A stretch of DNA of 64,000 bases, taken from assembly GCA_965153285.1 (NCBI GenBank), contig OZ229110.1; one strand, given 5' to 3'. A program made the translations under genes and the position numbers. How positions within the stretch are numbered: position 1 is the first letter of the stretch; the number at the start of each line of letters is the position of its first letter. The notes beneath the pieces were generated by a model that made no database searches, had not been told where the DNA came from, and saw only the letters and a program-made list of their open reading frames with translations. Shown in pieces: positions 48,342 to 60,750 of the stretch. Origin of the DNA: Podarcis tiliguerta (taxonomy: Eukaryota).

Positions 48342-49015
48342 GGACCACATCTGCACCACATGTTTAAAGCACTATTATACCACTTTAACAAATAATTCTG
48401 GCAAGTGAAGTTTGTTAAGGACATGGAGAGTTGTTAAAGGGACCCCTGACCATTAGGTCCAGTAATGACCGACTCTGGGGTTGCGGCGCTCATCTCACTT
48501 TATTGGCCAATGGAGCCGGCGTACAGCTTCCGGGTCATGAGGCCAGCATGACTAAGCCGCTTCTGGCAAACCAGAGCAGCGCACGGAAACGCCGTTTACC
48601 TTCCCGCCAGAGCGGTACCTATTTATCTACTTGCACTTTGATGTGCTTTCAAACTGCTAGGTTGGCAGGAGGAGGGACCGAGCAATGGGCGCTCACACCA
48701 TCGCGGGGATTCGAACTGCCAACCTTCTGATTGGCAAGTCCTAGGTTCTGTGGTTTAACCCACAGCGCCACCCATGTCCCATGAAGAGTTGTTAAGAGAC
48801 ACCTATTTCCTTCACTGGGATACAATCCCGAAAGTTGCCTGGGAACAGGGATTGATTGGTAAACCTTTCAGGTATCTGTACCTCTGTTAAGGGAAGAGGG
48901 GTTTCCTACAACTCTCAGTACCCTCAACAAACTACAGTTCCCAAGATTCTTTGGGGAAAGCAGTGACTGTTAAAGTAGTATTACACTGCTTTAAATGTAT
49001 ACTGCAGATGGGGCC
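48342..49015. mobile_element. Harbinger-like palindromic MITE hosting a Sauria SINE
   Basis: ggaccacatctgcac...tttaaagca / tgctttaaatgtatactgcagatggggcc inverted ends. Confidence 0.75.
48438..48780 (-). mobile_element. Sauria SINE, full length
   Basis: agggacccctgaccattaggtcc...gcgccacccatgtccc; 15-bp TSD atggagagttgttaa (48423-48437) / atgaagagttgttaa (48781-48795). Confidence 0.93.
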
Positions 49016-49539
49016 TCAGAGTAAGGATTATTATTTTAAAGGTTCATTTCTTCACTGCACCACTGGGTGCCAGTCTCCGTTGCTAATCCACCAGCAAAGC
49101 AAGTTCTGGGTCAGATGTTGCCTCAAACATCCTAGGGACAGCCACTGAAGGAAGAACCTTGCTAGCTTTTCTTGCAGACACTTACGTTGCCGCAACATTC
49201 TGCCTACTAGCAAGTGGGCTCTGGGTTACTCTAAAAGCATCTGTCAGACAGCGAGCCATTTTAGTGGGATGCCTGGATATAGTTATAAGTGAAGCAATGC
49301 AGGGGGAAGGGGAAGAAGAGGGGGAAATTCTCCTGTTAATTTCTCCAAGCTCAAATTAATTTGCCAACATTCACATTTATATTTTCCTAGCTTTTCTCAC
49401 CATGGTGCTACTTGAATTAAGGATTGGGGACAAACTGTACAAGTATTTCATTTGTGGGGGGTTTTTTGGGGGGGGAGTATGTGTGAGTCACATTTTTAAG
49501 AAGAAAAAAATGAAAGAGTAGATATTCAACATGCATATA

Positions 49540-49781
49540 CAGTGGTACCTCGGGTTACATATGCTTCAGGTTACATACGCTTCATGTTACAGACTCCGCT
49601 AACCCAGAAATATTACCTCGGGTTAAGAACTTTGCTTCAGGATGAGAACAGAATTTGCGCTCCGGCGGCATGGCAGCAGCAGGAGGCCCCATTAGCCAAA
49701 GTGGTGCTTCAGGTTAAGAACAGTTTCAGGTTAAGAACAGACCTCCAGAACGAATTAAGTTCTTAACCCGAGGTACCACTG
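49540..49781. mobile_element. Tigger/pogo-like MITE
   Basis: TIR cagtggtacctcgggtta / taacccgaggtaccactg with TA TSD; related to 13251-13491. Confidence 0.9.
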
Positions 49782-50591
49782 TAAATTTTGAAATGTTCTG
49801 AATTTTTGAAAAGAATTGAAAAATTCATCTGTGCAAAATTTCAACACTAGTTACAATGGCACATGGTAAAGGTGGGAAATCTCACTATGCGTATTAAGAG
49901 GGAAAGGGTGCACAGACATCCCATCAGCTCTGTTCCTATTAGGATATCATCCCTTACTCCAGTGCAGCCTTCCGTGTGCACTGCAGACACATCTAGATGC
50001 ACAATCCCATCTGCAGTACTACTGCATACATACCCCAGTTGTCCTACTGAACTGGTTAGGCACAACTTTTAATGTGACTAGTAGTGCCCATCTGCATCTA
50101 GGGGGCACCTGTTATGTGTGACTAGTTGCCTGCAATGACTGGTGGACTGAGGCTCCTCTCAGCTACTCTCGATTCAGCCAAAGCATGAGACTTAGTTTTC
50201 TTTTGTCTCTCAAGTATAAAAACAAATTGTAGAGCTGGGTGGGCCCGAGTGTAAAGACCATGTTGGCTCAAAGAGACCAGCCTTTGCTTCCACAACAGAA
50301 CACAAAGTCCCTTCTTTCCTCCTAACCACAGGTTTCCAAACGATGCTGTGGACGAGCTACCACAAATGGAAAACAAATGTAGCCCAGGGTATATCTGGGT
50401 AAGTGTATGCTAAAGGACTTGTTATTAAAATTTACTTTTTGTGTCTTGTCAGAAAAGACTTCAATACATGCATCTCGGATGCTGAAAGATCTGACTCACA
50501 GTCTCAGCCAGGCAGAACACCCCCGGTAGCGTTGCCTCATGTGGAGTTTCACAGTGTCTGTACCATGATCCTTTAGGAGCCAAGTGTTGCA

Positions 50592-50690
50592 AATGGCTAT
50601 AGCTCAGTGGCAGAGCATGCTGCTTTGCACACAGAAAAAGCCAAGATTCAATCAGCAGCATCTTTGGACAGGGCTGTGACAGGACCCCCC
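50592..50690 (+). mobile_element. tRNA-derived SINE head (decayed)
   Basis: ggctatagctcagtggcagagcatgctgctttgcac A-box region, degenerate B box. Confidence 0.55.
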
Positions 50691-51772
50691 CCCCCAAATC
50701 CCAGAGACCTGTTGCCCATGGGTGTAGCCAAGGGAGGACACCCACCCCCCAGATCCTTGTAAAACAATAGAAATAATTAACTAACTGACCAATCATGTCA
50801 GTTCTGCCCCACCTAACAAAAACCGTGGCTATGCCCATGCTGCTGCCTGTCGGTGTAGGCAGTAAGGAGGTAGCTGAACCACAGTCCTGGCTCTGAATAA
50901 TTTCAAGATGAAGGGGTATGTTGGTCTCACCACACCCACACCAAATCCCACCACTCACAAGTCATTTACTTCTTCTCTCCTCCCCACAAGAGGCCATGGG
51001 TAGCCATTTTAATTCTCTCCCTGGCATAGAGATGGAGAGCCTGCCTCCTTCTCAGGCTCCAAGGTTATGGAAGGAAGAGGGGCCATCATGCTGAGGCAGC
51101 ATCCTTCTGTGATGGGATGGAAAGGAAATCAATCCCCAGTTCCCTCCATCTCCCACCCTCAAGGGAATTGGGAACACCTGAGGTAAAACTATTAGGGCAC
51201 CAGCTGTCTCCTTCCAGTGTCCTCTCCTACCTTTCTCCAGCTTCAGAAGGCTGAGCTGCCCTCTTATGGCAACAAACCCTTTTAACGTCCAGCAATCCAA
51301 CGCTACATACCCAATTCCTCCTTTGACAGACTTGGACCATTCTTGGGTGAACGTTCCCTGGGCCCTTTGGAAAGTTGGAAGGGCGAATGCTGGTTGATTC
51401 AATGCCACAGAGAGCCAGAGCCTCAGTGACGGAATGCATCATCCTGCGCAGAGAGGTTATAGCTCATCCTTCCCCAACCTGCTGCCTTCTAGATGCTTTG
51501 GAATGCAAATCCCATCATCTCTAACATCACCCACGCTAGTTTGGGCTGTAGCCCCAAATAAAAGGTTGGAGAAGGGTGCTGTAGTTAATTTTTAAAACCC
51601 CATCAGTATTTATTCTTCAGGAAATACTTCTAGTCTGCAAAACGTTTTGGAGTCTTGGCTGTGTCTAATCTCACAATGCCACAACTGGAGTGGCAAAGCT
51701 GGGATGGAGAGAAAGATGCTGCCCTTTCCAAAGGCAACATAATGAATCCATGGCAGAGGTGAGTTTCTAGAC

Positions 51773-52032
51773 CATGGGTAGGCAAACTAAGGCCCGGGGT
51801 CCAGATCTGGCCCAATCGCCTTCTAAATCCAGCCCACGGACAGCCTGGGAATCAGTGTGTTTTTACATGAGTAGAATGTGTGCTTTTATTTAAAATGCAT
51901 CTCTGGGTTATTTGTGGTGCATAGGAATTTGTTCATTCCCCCCGCTCCAAAAAAAAATATAGTCTGGCCCCTGACAAGGTCTGAGGGACAGTGGACCAGC
52001 ACCATGCTGAAAAAGTTTGCTGACCACCCCTG
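51773..52032. mobile_element. hAT-Charlie MITE (OC1-like 3' end)
   Basis: catgggtaggcaaact...ggtctgagggacagtggacc...aaaaagtttgctgaccacccctg; perfect 8-bp TSD ttctagac at 51765-51772 and 52033-52040. Confidence 0.85.
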
Positions 52033-54660
52033 TTCTAGACCAAAGTCCAGCTTCATTCATTGAACTGCACTAATCCTCATCATCCCACACTTGCTTAGCT
52101 CCCTGGACTACCGGAACAGAAGGGAACCATTAACACTCTTCCTCTTTCAAGTACCCCCTCAAGCGATCCTTTCCCCAGTGTACCAACCCAGAGAACTCTG
52201 CACATCAAAAGTTCTTCTGATGCCGGTCTGCTTTGACTGTCGCACACCCAAGCTCATTCGCCATACAGGCCAAGTTACAAATTTTTGTAGGCTCCTACAA
52301 AATTGCATATTTATGGTAGCATCCTCCCTGTGCCATGGTAATTTATGTCGGTGATTTCAGAGTTCTTAACTTGGACTTCTCCCACAATCGATAATTTTGA
52401 AGTGAATCACCACTTCACTCTGGAGGCACTTCTTTGGAAGCGCAGAAGAAATACATCCTTTTAAACTGCTTTTTGATCATCCTGAGTATGTGAACACAAA
52501 GGGAGGAGGCTTAAATTGCATTAAATATGTTCATTTCATCTAGTGCTTTGATTATGCTAAGTGATAAAGTCAAACTACACACCAATTTTCTCCGCATCGT
52601 TCAAGCTTTAATAAAACCTCAAGGGGTGGGGGAGGTTGTGCACCCAACACTTTCCACTATCAGTGCTAAATCTTAGTCCAAATCTCCCTGCTAAAAGAAA
52701 GTTACTTGATCATGAGTTCCCTCTACTCAGATGACCTCCGTTCCTTCCTTCCCCAACCAACTCTCACTCTCAGCCTCAAGGGAGAGTTGAGTGGGGGAGG
52801 GATGGCTGTTTATTTAATTTGCACATGAAGAATGAAGTATTGTCAGGCTGATAAACTCTATGTCTGGATACCAGACTGCAGATACATTCCCCCTTTCAGA
52901 AGTGTCTCTCTCTCCCCCTCCCTCCCTCCCCCTCTCTCTCTCTTTCCATCTCTCTCACAACATTGCTGCTTCCACTACTCTGTATTACTATAACCACTTC
53001 TGCTGATGCTATTTTAGTGTTTAATGTGTTGTTGTTGTTTTAAGAAAAACTATTCAAAAACACCCAGCACTGAATAAAGAGCTACAGCATGGGACTTGCA
53101 TAGGGTTAGAAGGCTAAAACTTGGAGACTGGAGTCATAGGTTTAAAACCAACAAGGAAGCAGCAGAGGAAGCAGCCACAACTTTTGCTGAAATGCTCCAG
53201 GCCTTTTCATCTGCCCCCTCACCTCACCCCACTGAAGCATTGCAAGACTCCTGGTATGTTGCACAGCAAGCAGGGGAAGGGTAGAGAGAATGGGCAAAAG
53301 GACCAGGCAGGCACCAGTGGGACCACTGAAGGCTGGTCTATTAGGACAAATCAAGTACTGCCCCACTAATCTCAGTCTGTCAAGCAAGCTCCCACTTGCC
53401 TACCTTCTTACTTATGACCAGTCCAGGAAGTGGCACAATCAGCTTCTTCCTCCTCAGTCTCTTGTAGAACTCATCAGATGATGGAGACTAAACTAGAATT
53501 AGTCATCTCTGTTTGTCCTTATCTCTGGCTCCACCTACTGTTGGTCCTCCTGTCTTCTTCTCCACCAAACCCAATGGGATTCCTAATGGGCACAAGCTCT
53601 AATATATAGTGTGATCTCATTAAGCACTGGGTGGAAGGAACATTGAATGAGAAAGGGCACAGGTAATGAGCCATAAGCAGGCATCACAGTACATTTTTTC
53701 CTGCCAGAGAGTGGCTGGGAGGTCATGTGGTGTCTCTGGGCAATCAGAAAGTACAACCAGGTGACTGAGCTGTCCCTCATAAGGAAAGATGGAGACATTT
53801 CATATGAAATGTAACTTTTAACTTAATTCAGTTACCTGTGGAAGATGTTTTCTGGAGTCTGCCTTAATATTGCTTTTCTTGAGTTACGTAGTAACTGAAA
53901 GAGAGTGTCTACTTGCATTAGATATAGGGAAGGTTCTGGGGACTTAATTCAGATTATGCCCTTGCATTATCTGGAAGCTCATTGTGCACATCTGATATTG
54001 AGGGGAAATTTTCCATGCAGCAACTACTGGGGTGAGGGCATTTGACTGGAACCACTAGGACTTCCCCTGATAAAAGACTTAGCTTGAACTACTGTATCCT
54101 TCTCTGATTCCTTGCAATAACACCAGGCTCATTGATCAGAAAAAAACCAAAATAAGCACCTAACTCCAGGCCACATGCAAAGTGTCAGCTGCACTGAGCT
54201 TCTCAGAAGCAGGGACCATCGTGTCATGTTTTATAACATCCCACTAGAAGCAGCTACTGTGGAGGACCATGCACAACATAACAATGCTGCATCAAAGGCT
54301 TATGTGAAGTCACACATTATGAGGAAATAGGGGAGAACATGACTTTCAGCAGCCATCTCATGGCTGCTGTCATATGTAGCTTGGCCCAGAACTAAAAGTG
54401 ATAGGCATCTTGTTTTCAAGGATGCCTTATTTTAGAAGGGCTGCTTCTCCAGAGCCTGCGGGAGGGTAGGAATAGCAGTGGTGATTCCCAGAGGCAGCCC
54501 TTCCAGATTGCCTAGTCTAGCCATCAGCAGTGGGACAATGAAGCAATTCCATTTGCTAAATTTGGCCAGAGAGCAGCCAGTCAGCAGGCAGAAATAGTGC
54601 AGCCTTTCTTTCCTATGTTCAGAACTAATCACAAGGGGCCATAAGCAACGTCTCTCCCAT

Positions 54661-54981
54661 TGAGAGATGGGCAGGTCAGCCTATCACCAGCCTGTGTCAG
54701 TTTTGCATGCTTTCAATCATAGCTCACTCCTGTTTTCCATCTCTTTTGAAAAACACAGCAAAAAAAATCTAAATTGCACCCATTTCCCACTAAAATATGC
54801 ATTTTTCTTCAAGGCACACATTTGTATATGCATTTACTTGTGCTTTTTTGGTTTTTTTAGCTGAGAACTGCACCGCAAAATCCAAAGACCAAGTGCAGAT
54901 ACCATAACTTAGCCCTGAGATGGTGGAGATTAGACCAATTTGCTTAAAAATATGGACCGAACAGAACTCTCCAGCATTCCT
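54661..54981. mobile_element. Old hAT-like non-autonomous element
   Basis: Degenerate gagatggg...cattccta ends and aaaatatgcattttt internal motifs typical of a squamate repeat. Confidence 0.4.
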
Positions 54982-57900
54982 ATACTTCAAGAATCCAAAA
55001 CCTCTCAATATACCCTATGACAGTTCCTCATCCAAAGTCATTGCAACTCCATAAAGAAGTTGTGGGGAGGAGACTTAATTTCTGCTCTTACAATTTCTTT
55101 TTTTTAAATAATAATGATAACGATAAAAGATTAGATCTGGAAGCACTGCTGGGAATGACAAAAGAAAACAAGGAAGGTAAGAGGAGACCTGGGCTCCCTT
55201 CCTTCCTTCCTTCCTTTCCACCAAACATTTAGAATAAGAATATGTTGCTGCATTATCAGTCAGCAGACAGTCAAACTGACTGGAGTCTGACCCCATACAT
55301 AAAGGATGAAGGAGGCACCGTTTGTGTGTTGTTTTCTTATGCCACAAACCTGGATGTTTTATGATACAGGTCCCACGAGAGTCCGGCCTACAGGCTTCCC
55401 ACACCCCAGCCCTCTAAATGGCTTTGGGGCCTTTTATATTTGATGGTCCCCATGGAGAAATTAGGACACTGTTGCTGAGTTAAAGACAATCAGGCCAGTC
55501 TGCTCCCCCTCCCCTGCCCGCCTCATCGCTCCACACCTCATGTCTTAACGATACCCAGCTGTTTGCACAAGCTGGGCTGGCAAGGAAGTTCCCAGACCTT
55601 GACCCTCAACCTCCTCGGTTCATGTTGGCTCCAAAGGGGCTGTGGCAGAAAAGAGCCCCCTCTCTTTCCCCAATTCCCTCCCCTCCCCCTGCCAGGGGAA
55701 GGGGGAGGCAGCAACTCATGAGCCAGGTCACATGAGCCTCATGGGGTTGCAAGGGGGCAGCCGGTGGCGAATGAAGGATTCAGAGATACATAGGGGAGGG
55801 GAGATTAAACTTGGACTTTTTCCCAAATATGAAGTTGTCAGTGTAAAACTAAATCTCCCCTCTTCCATGGTGACTCAAGACCTAATTAGATTAGCATCTT
55901 TGTTGAGCGGCACTCAGGCACTCAATGAGGCCACTGCATGGCTCTTGAGAGGAAACAGCGCAGCTGCTTCAGACAAGGGGATGTTTTGCTTGGGGATGCA
56001 AACATTATTTAGGGTGTCACGAACACTTCATCATCTGCATTCCCCCCCCCCCGCCCCAACCCCCGCTTTTAGAAAATAAAATAACCCCCCTCAAGAAAAG
56101 CCTCATCTACTGTCATTTCTTAATGTGTCTCAGAATTACAGATACGGTCACAAAAATGTGAATTGAAATTGTGCGCACGTGCAAAAATGTATAAATAAAT
56201 ATAGACACATAAAGAGAGAAAGGCCTGTATTGAGTCGTCAAGTGAGCTAAGCAGAGGTTTTCAAGCGCCGTCATCGTGAGCCTCTCTAAGTCAAGAAAAG
56301 AATCCTCAGCAAATTGAAACAAGGCCTTAGCGGACCACTCGCCTGACAGCGTTCTCCCTCAGAACAGAAATGGCTGCAAACCCCACATAGACACACACCC
56401 CACACAGACTCACACAGACACAGCACTGCTAAGAAAGAAGGCATGAGAAAGAAAAAGACAGAGGAAAAAGATGCTCTGTACTCTCTCCCAACACTAAATT
56501 TCACACGCACACAGCCTTCTGGGTGGGATGGGAGTAAGAGGTACATCTGGAACCTTGCCTTTTGGCCACATAATGACAAATGCTGGGTGTGATGAAGGGA
56601 TCCCTCAACTCCCAAACAGTCTCAGTCCCCACATCCATAAGGACTATGGAAGCTGCTCTCAGTCAGATGATGGGAGAGGGTAGATATTCTAAAATGGATG
56701 CTGTCTACCTGAGAAACCTGGGCGATTCTTCCACCTTGACTTTGAAAGGGGCCAAAAGGTAATCTAATTCAATGTCATGCAAGAAAGATAGAGCTGTGCA
56801 GTAATGGCCTGATCCAGCACTTTACCTGAGTGCCCTAATCCCCAAGAAGGATTGTGACTTAAGTGAATTCATTCTATATAATGATATACTGTAATGGAAG
56901 ATGGAAGATGGCCAGGGTAATGTTCAGACAAAATTAGTTAAACTACGGAGGTATAGCATGAGCCTTAAAAAGGATGAGAGCTATTCAGTTTAAGAGAAGC
57001 TTAGAGTGGGAAAAGGAGCTGGTTGCACTCTAGATGTGCTACATGACAAACAAATGTGCAAAAGTGGATGTCATTAAGCCCCATCATTGTATTTGCCTTT
57101 AATGCTGCAGTTTCTCTGCCAACAAAATAGGTTAAAGGACCATGTTCCAGTTCCTCCACTACTGGATAAAGCACTGTTAGCTAAATGAAAATCTTCATGG
57201 GTACTGTGAGCCTAGGATAAAGACTCATCCTATAACCGGAGAGTTTAGTGCTGCAGATAGGATACCTAGTGTGGTGGAATCCTCCTCGCAAAGACACACA
57301 CAGAAAAAGATTCAGATAAGGGTTGGACCACTTACCAGAACACATCTCTGAACCCTTCCCAAGAAGGACAAGACCAATCCCCTTTTCTTCTTCCCTCAGT
57401 GGGGCAGAGAAGTGCCCACAGGGCCTCTCTCCAGCTTGCCGATGCTGTGCTATTTTATTCCAGGTCAGCCACTCCCAAGATCTGCCCAAAACCATGGACT
57501 TTGCACTGCTTTAGTATAAACAACAGGATTGCAATCAGACAGCTTAGAGGCCCAACAAGACTGGGAACCTAGCAGTTATCCTGAGATTACCCAGAGACAT
57601 GCTATTTTCCCCTGACAAGAAAAGGGTGGAGACCCACCATGCTGTTTGCAGTATCCAAGCTCTCCCCTCAGAATCCCACAGCTTCCTTTTAGGAACCAGG
57701 GGCCATTCAAAGGGGACACTGAGAATAGGTTTAGCTGGAGCACACAGGCCAAAGGCTTTAGACACAAGGAAAGGACTAGAACTGAGATTTAGGGCTGACT
57801 CTTCATTGGAAACCTAAACTGCAGGAAAGATTCCAACACAAATATTTGAGAAACCAAAGCTGGGCTGGGGGGTTGAGGGGGAGAGGGGGAGAGTATATAT

Positions 57901-59306
57901 TGGCTACACATCCACACTGCGTCCAGCTGCGGAAAAAGTTCCTGGCAACCACATTTACGGATTCAATCACCGCTTGGTGATTTAACCCTGTTTTATAGCT
58001 ACACAGAGAGTTCAAAGCCAGAGGGAGTTATCAGAATGAGAAGGCACAGGAAAAAAAATATGAACCCAAATGAAATCCTGATTGTGAACACACACACACA
58101 CATGCTACAACGCAATGTAAGATTAAGGCCCTTCCCAAACAACACCCCTGTCCCCTCTAATTGCTTCTTATTGTGGGCATTAAAACAGCACATCATCCAA
58201 TACTAGTGAGACTATATCCCAGTCTGGAAGTTGTGTGGATAGCTGGATAATACTTGGAAAGGGATTTCACTGGGGGAAGGAAATGCACCTCAGTGCTGAA
58301 GAGCCGGAGTGGAATTAATATAAAGGCGGGAAGAGACAGAAGAAAGGAATACAAGGTCATTCGCTTATAACAGTTTTAAATGGTATGGAAGGCAGAAGAG
58401 GTACCTATGCTGCTTCCACAATTATGACATCACACTCCGCACATCCACAATCTGGACAGCCACAATTTCCCTTATAGGTGGAACTCCCAGGGATCAAGCA
58501 GTAACTGGTTTGCTACTGAGAATACAATTCCTTGTGCAAAATGTGATTCCTGGGAATGGATGCACTAACTAGGAAGACTGCCATCTGCGTCCTGTGCCAG
58601 GAATGGAGAAATGCCTCTGCATTCCCTGTGCAAAACCAACACTGTCTTGAAAACCTCTGAAAAGATATTCCACCCTGGATAGCAACATCGGGAAGGTAGC
58701 CCTTAGAAAAGGCCCTCTCGTCTCCCAGATATGCCCATTTTCCCCAGGGCATTTTGTTCCCATACAGAGCAGAGAAGGACGCACACAGTACACAGCTGCA
58801 CAAATCTTGGGAGGACAGTCAAATGTGAGTTGCTTTCTAATCAGAATCTCGGGCAAGAAGAGGAGGAGGGGACCCCAGTGTATGTGTGCCCTTGTCCTCC
58901 TCAGACCCCTTTGCTTCCAAGTCAAGGCAAAACAATCCCTGAGACCCCAAAGCAAGCCTGCATTCCCGCACTCCTCCCTCACCCCACCTCATGGCAATGA
59001 TAGGCAATGGGGGTGGGTGGAGGGAGGAGGGATTAGCCTGTTTTGTTTCCAGACCGTTTCCTCTGTTCCTCCAGAGTTGGCCCCAGACATCACATTACAT
59101 CAGAGCAAATAAAGATAGAGACTGCTCCTTTCAGGCTAAGTTGGAGGGGGACGGGGGGGGGGCGGGTGAGTCGAGAGAAACCAGATTGAGCGCTTACATG
59201 CAAGTTCCCCTCCACCACCACTCACCACATTTGTAACCTCAGAATGGGGAAAATGGGGTACAAATGCGCTCAGTCAGGAAAGTTTAATAGGATACAGGAA
59301 GAAGAG

Positions 59307-59643
59307 CATACGATGTTGCCTTATATCAGCTGAGACCACTGGAGCTTCCAGCTCAGCTTTGTCTAGACCAGGCATTCCCAAACTCAGCCCTCCAGCTGTT
59401 TTGGGACTACAACTCCCATCATCCCTAGCTACCAGGACCAGTGGTCAGGGATGATGGGAATTGTAGTCCCAAAACAGCTAGAGGGCCGAGTTTGGGGAAT
59501 GCCTGGTCTAGACTGACTGCCAGTAGCTCTCCAGGGTTTCAGATAAGGAACATTCCCAGCCCTACTGTGAGATGCTGGGGATTTAACCCGGGACCTTTTG
59601 GGTACAAAGCAGATTCTCTAACCACTGAGCTTTGGCTCTTCCC
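59307..59643 (-). mobile_element. tRNA-derived SINE split by a hAT MITE
   Basis: gttgccttatatc...gctcagctttgtctagac | gtctagactgactgccagtagctctccagggtttcag...aacccgggaccttt...accactgagctttggctcttccc. Confidence 0.8.
59369..59505. mobile_element. hAT MITE (137 bp hairpin)
   Basis: caggcattcccaaact / agtttggggaatgcctg TIRs; perfect TSD gtctagac at 59361-59368 and 59506-59513; sister of 22038. Confidence 0.92.
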
Positions 59644-60295
59644 ATCGGTGGGAGAAAAGTGCTGTCAGCACCCCTGGCATTGCACTGTTTTGTCACAAGG
59701 CTCTTCACCCAACTGCAGACAGCAATCAAGCATTCAGAGGGGGAACCCTCTTGCAAGGCCACCAACACGGTACATCGCAGAGGTTGCGTGCAGTACAGGC
59801 AAGGACCTTTTCCCCCAAACTGCCAAGAGGGAAAGAGCAAACATAGTGAATTGAATGCCATCAACTAGAGAAGCAGCTGAAGGCAGGAGGGGCAAGAGGC
59901 CTTCTCCAGTGACCTGTATGATTCAATCAGGAAAAGATCCTAGGGGAGAACATATTCTGAACTGTCTGTCTTCCCTCTTTCTAGCCACAGAAACATTCAA
60001 AGGAAGAAGAATTCCAATTTAAATATTTGCATACAAGCTAGCACTAGAAGATTTTTCTTCAAAACTTCCCATCCCTTCCCAACTTATTTATATAGTCTAG
60101 CCAATCAATAAGAACACAGAAGAGGACTTTGCTGCTCTGCTGTATAAGTTTGATAACATGACTGCAGTCCAAACCAGAGGTTCAGACCAAATATGCACAG
60201 TCAATTTGATCCCCCACAATGGTTCAATTTGAATACATTTGCAGCAGCTGATCGTGAGAATGCATCCCTATGTGCTACTATGCTTTAAAAATTAT

Positions 60296-60296
60296 A

Positions 60297-60340
<44 letters not shown>

Positions 60341-60342
60341 AA
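60296..60342. repeat. (GAAA)n microsatellite
   Basis: About 11 units. Confidence 0.95.
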
Positions 60343-60750
60343 CTTGGTAGGGGAGCAGCTATCGGTGGCATTTTAAAATCTAGCTAAAAACTGTTTCCAT
60401 CTCAGCCAGTTGTTGTAAGAACTGAAACTTTGAGAACTGGTATCTGAGCTTGCTTTTGTCCTCCTCTTTCCCCAACCCTGTACTCCTTGCCTGTCGTAGA
60501 TTGTAAGCCTGTGAGAAAGGACTGTGTTACTATCTTCATAAGCCACTCTGGGAACCTTCTCGGCAAAGTGCGGGGGTGGCAATAAAATGCTGTAAATCAC
60601 AAAATAAATAGTATGAATAAATAAACGTGGAAGTATAAAAACTGTTGCTTTACCTCTAAACGATGGTCCCTGGGCCACCATGAAATCTAGCCATGCACCC
60701 CATTGCCAGTCACATGCTATCATTGTAAGAAACAATGTAGGACACATCAC

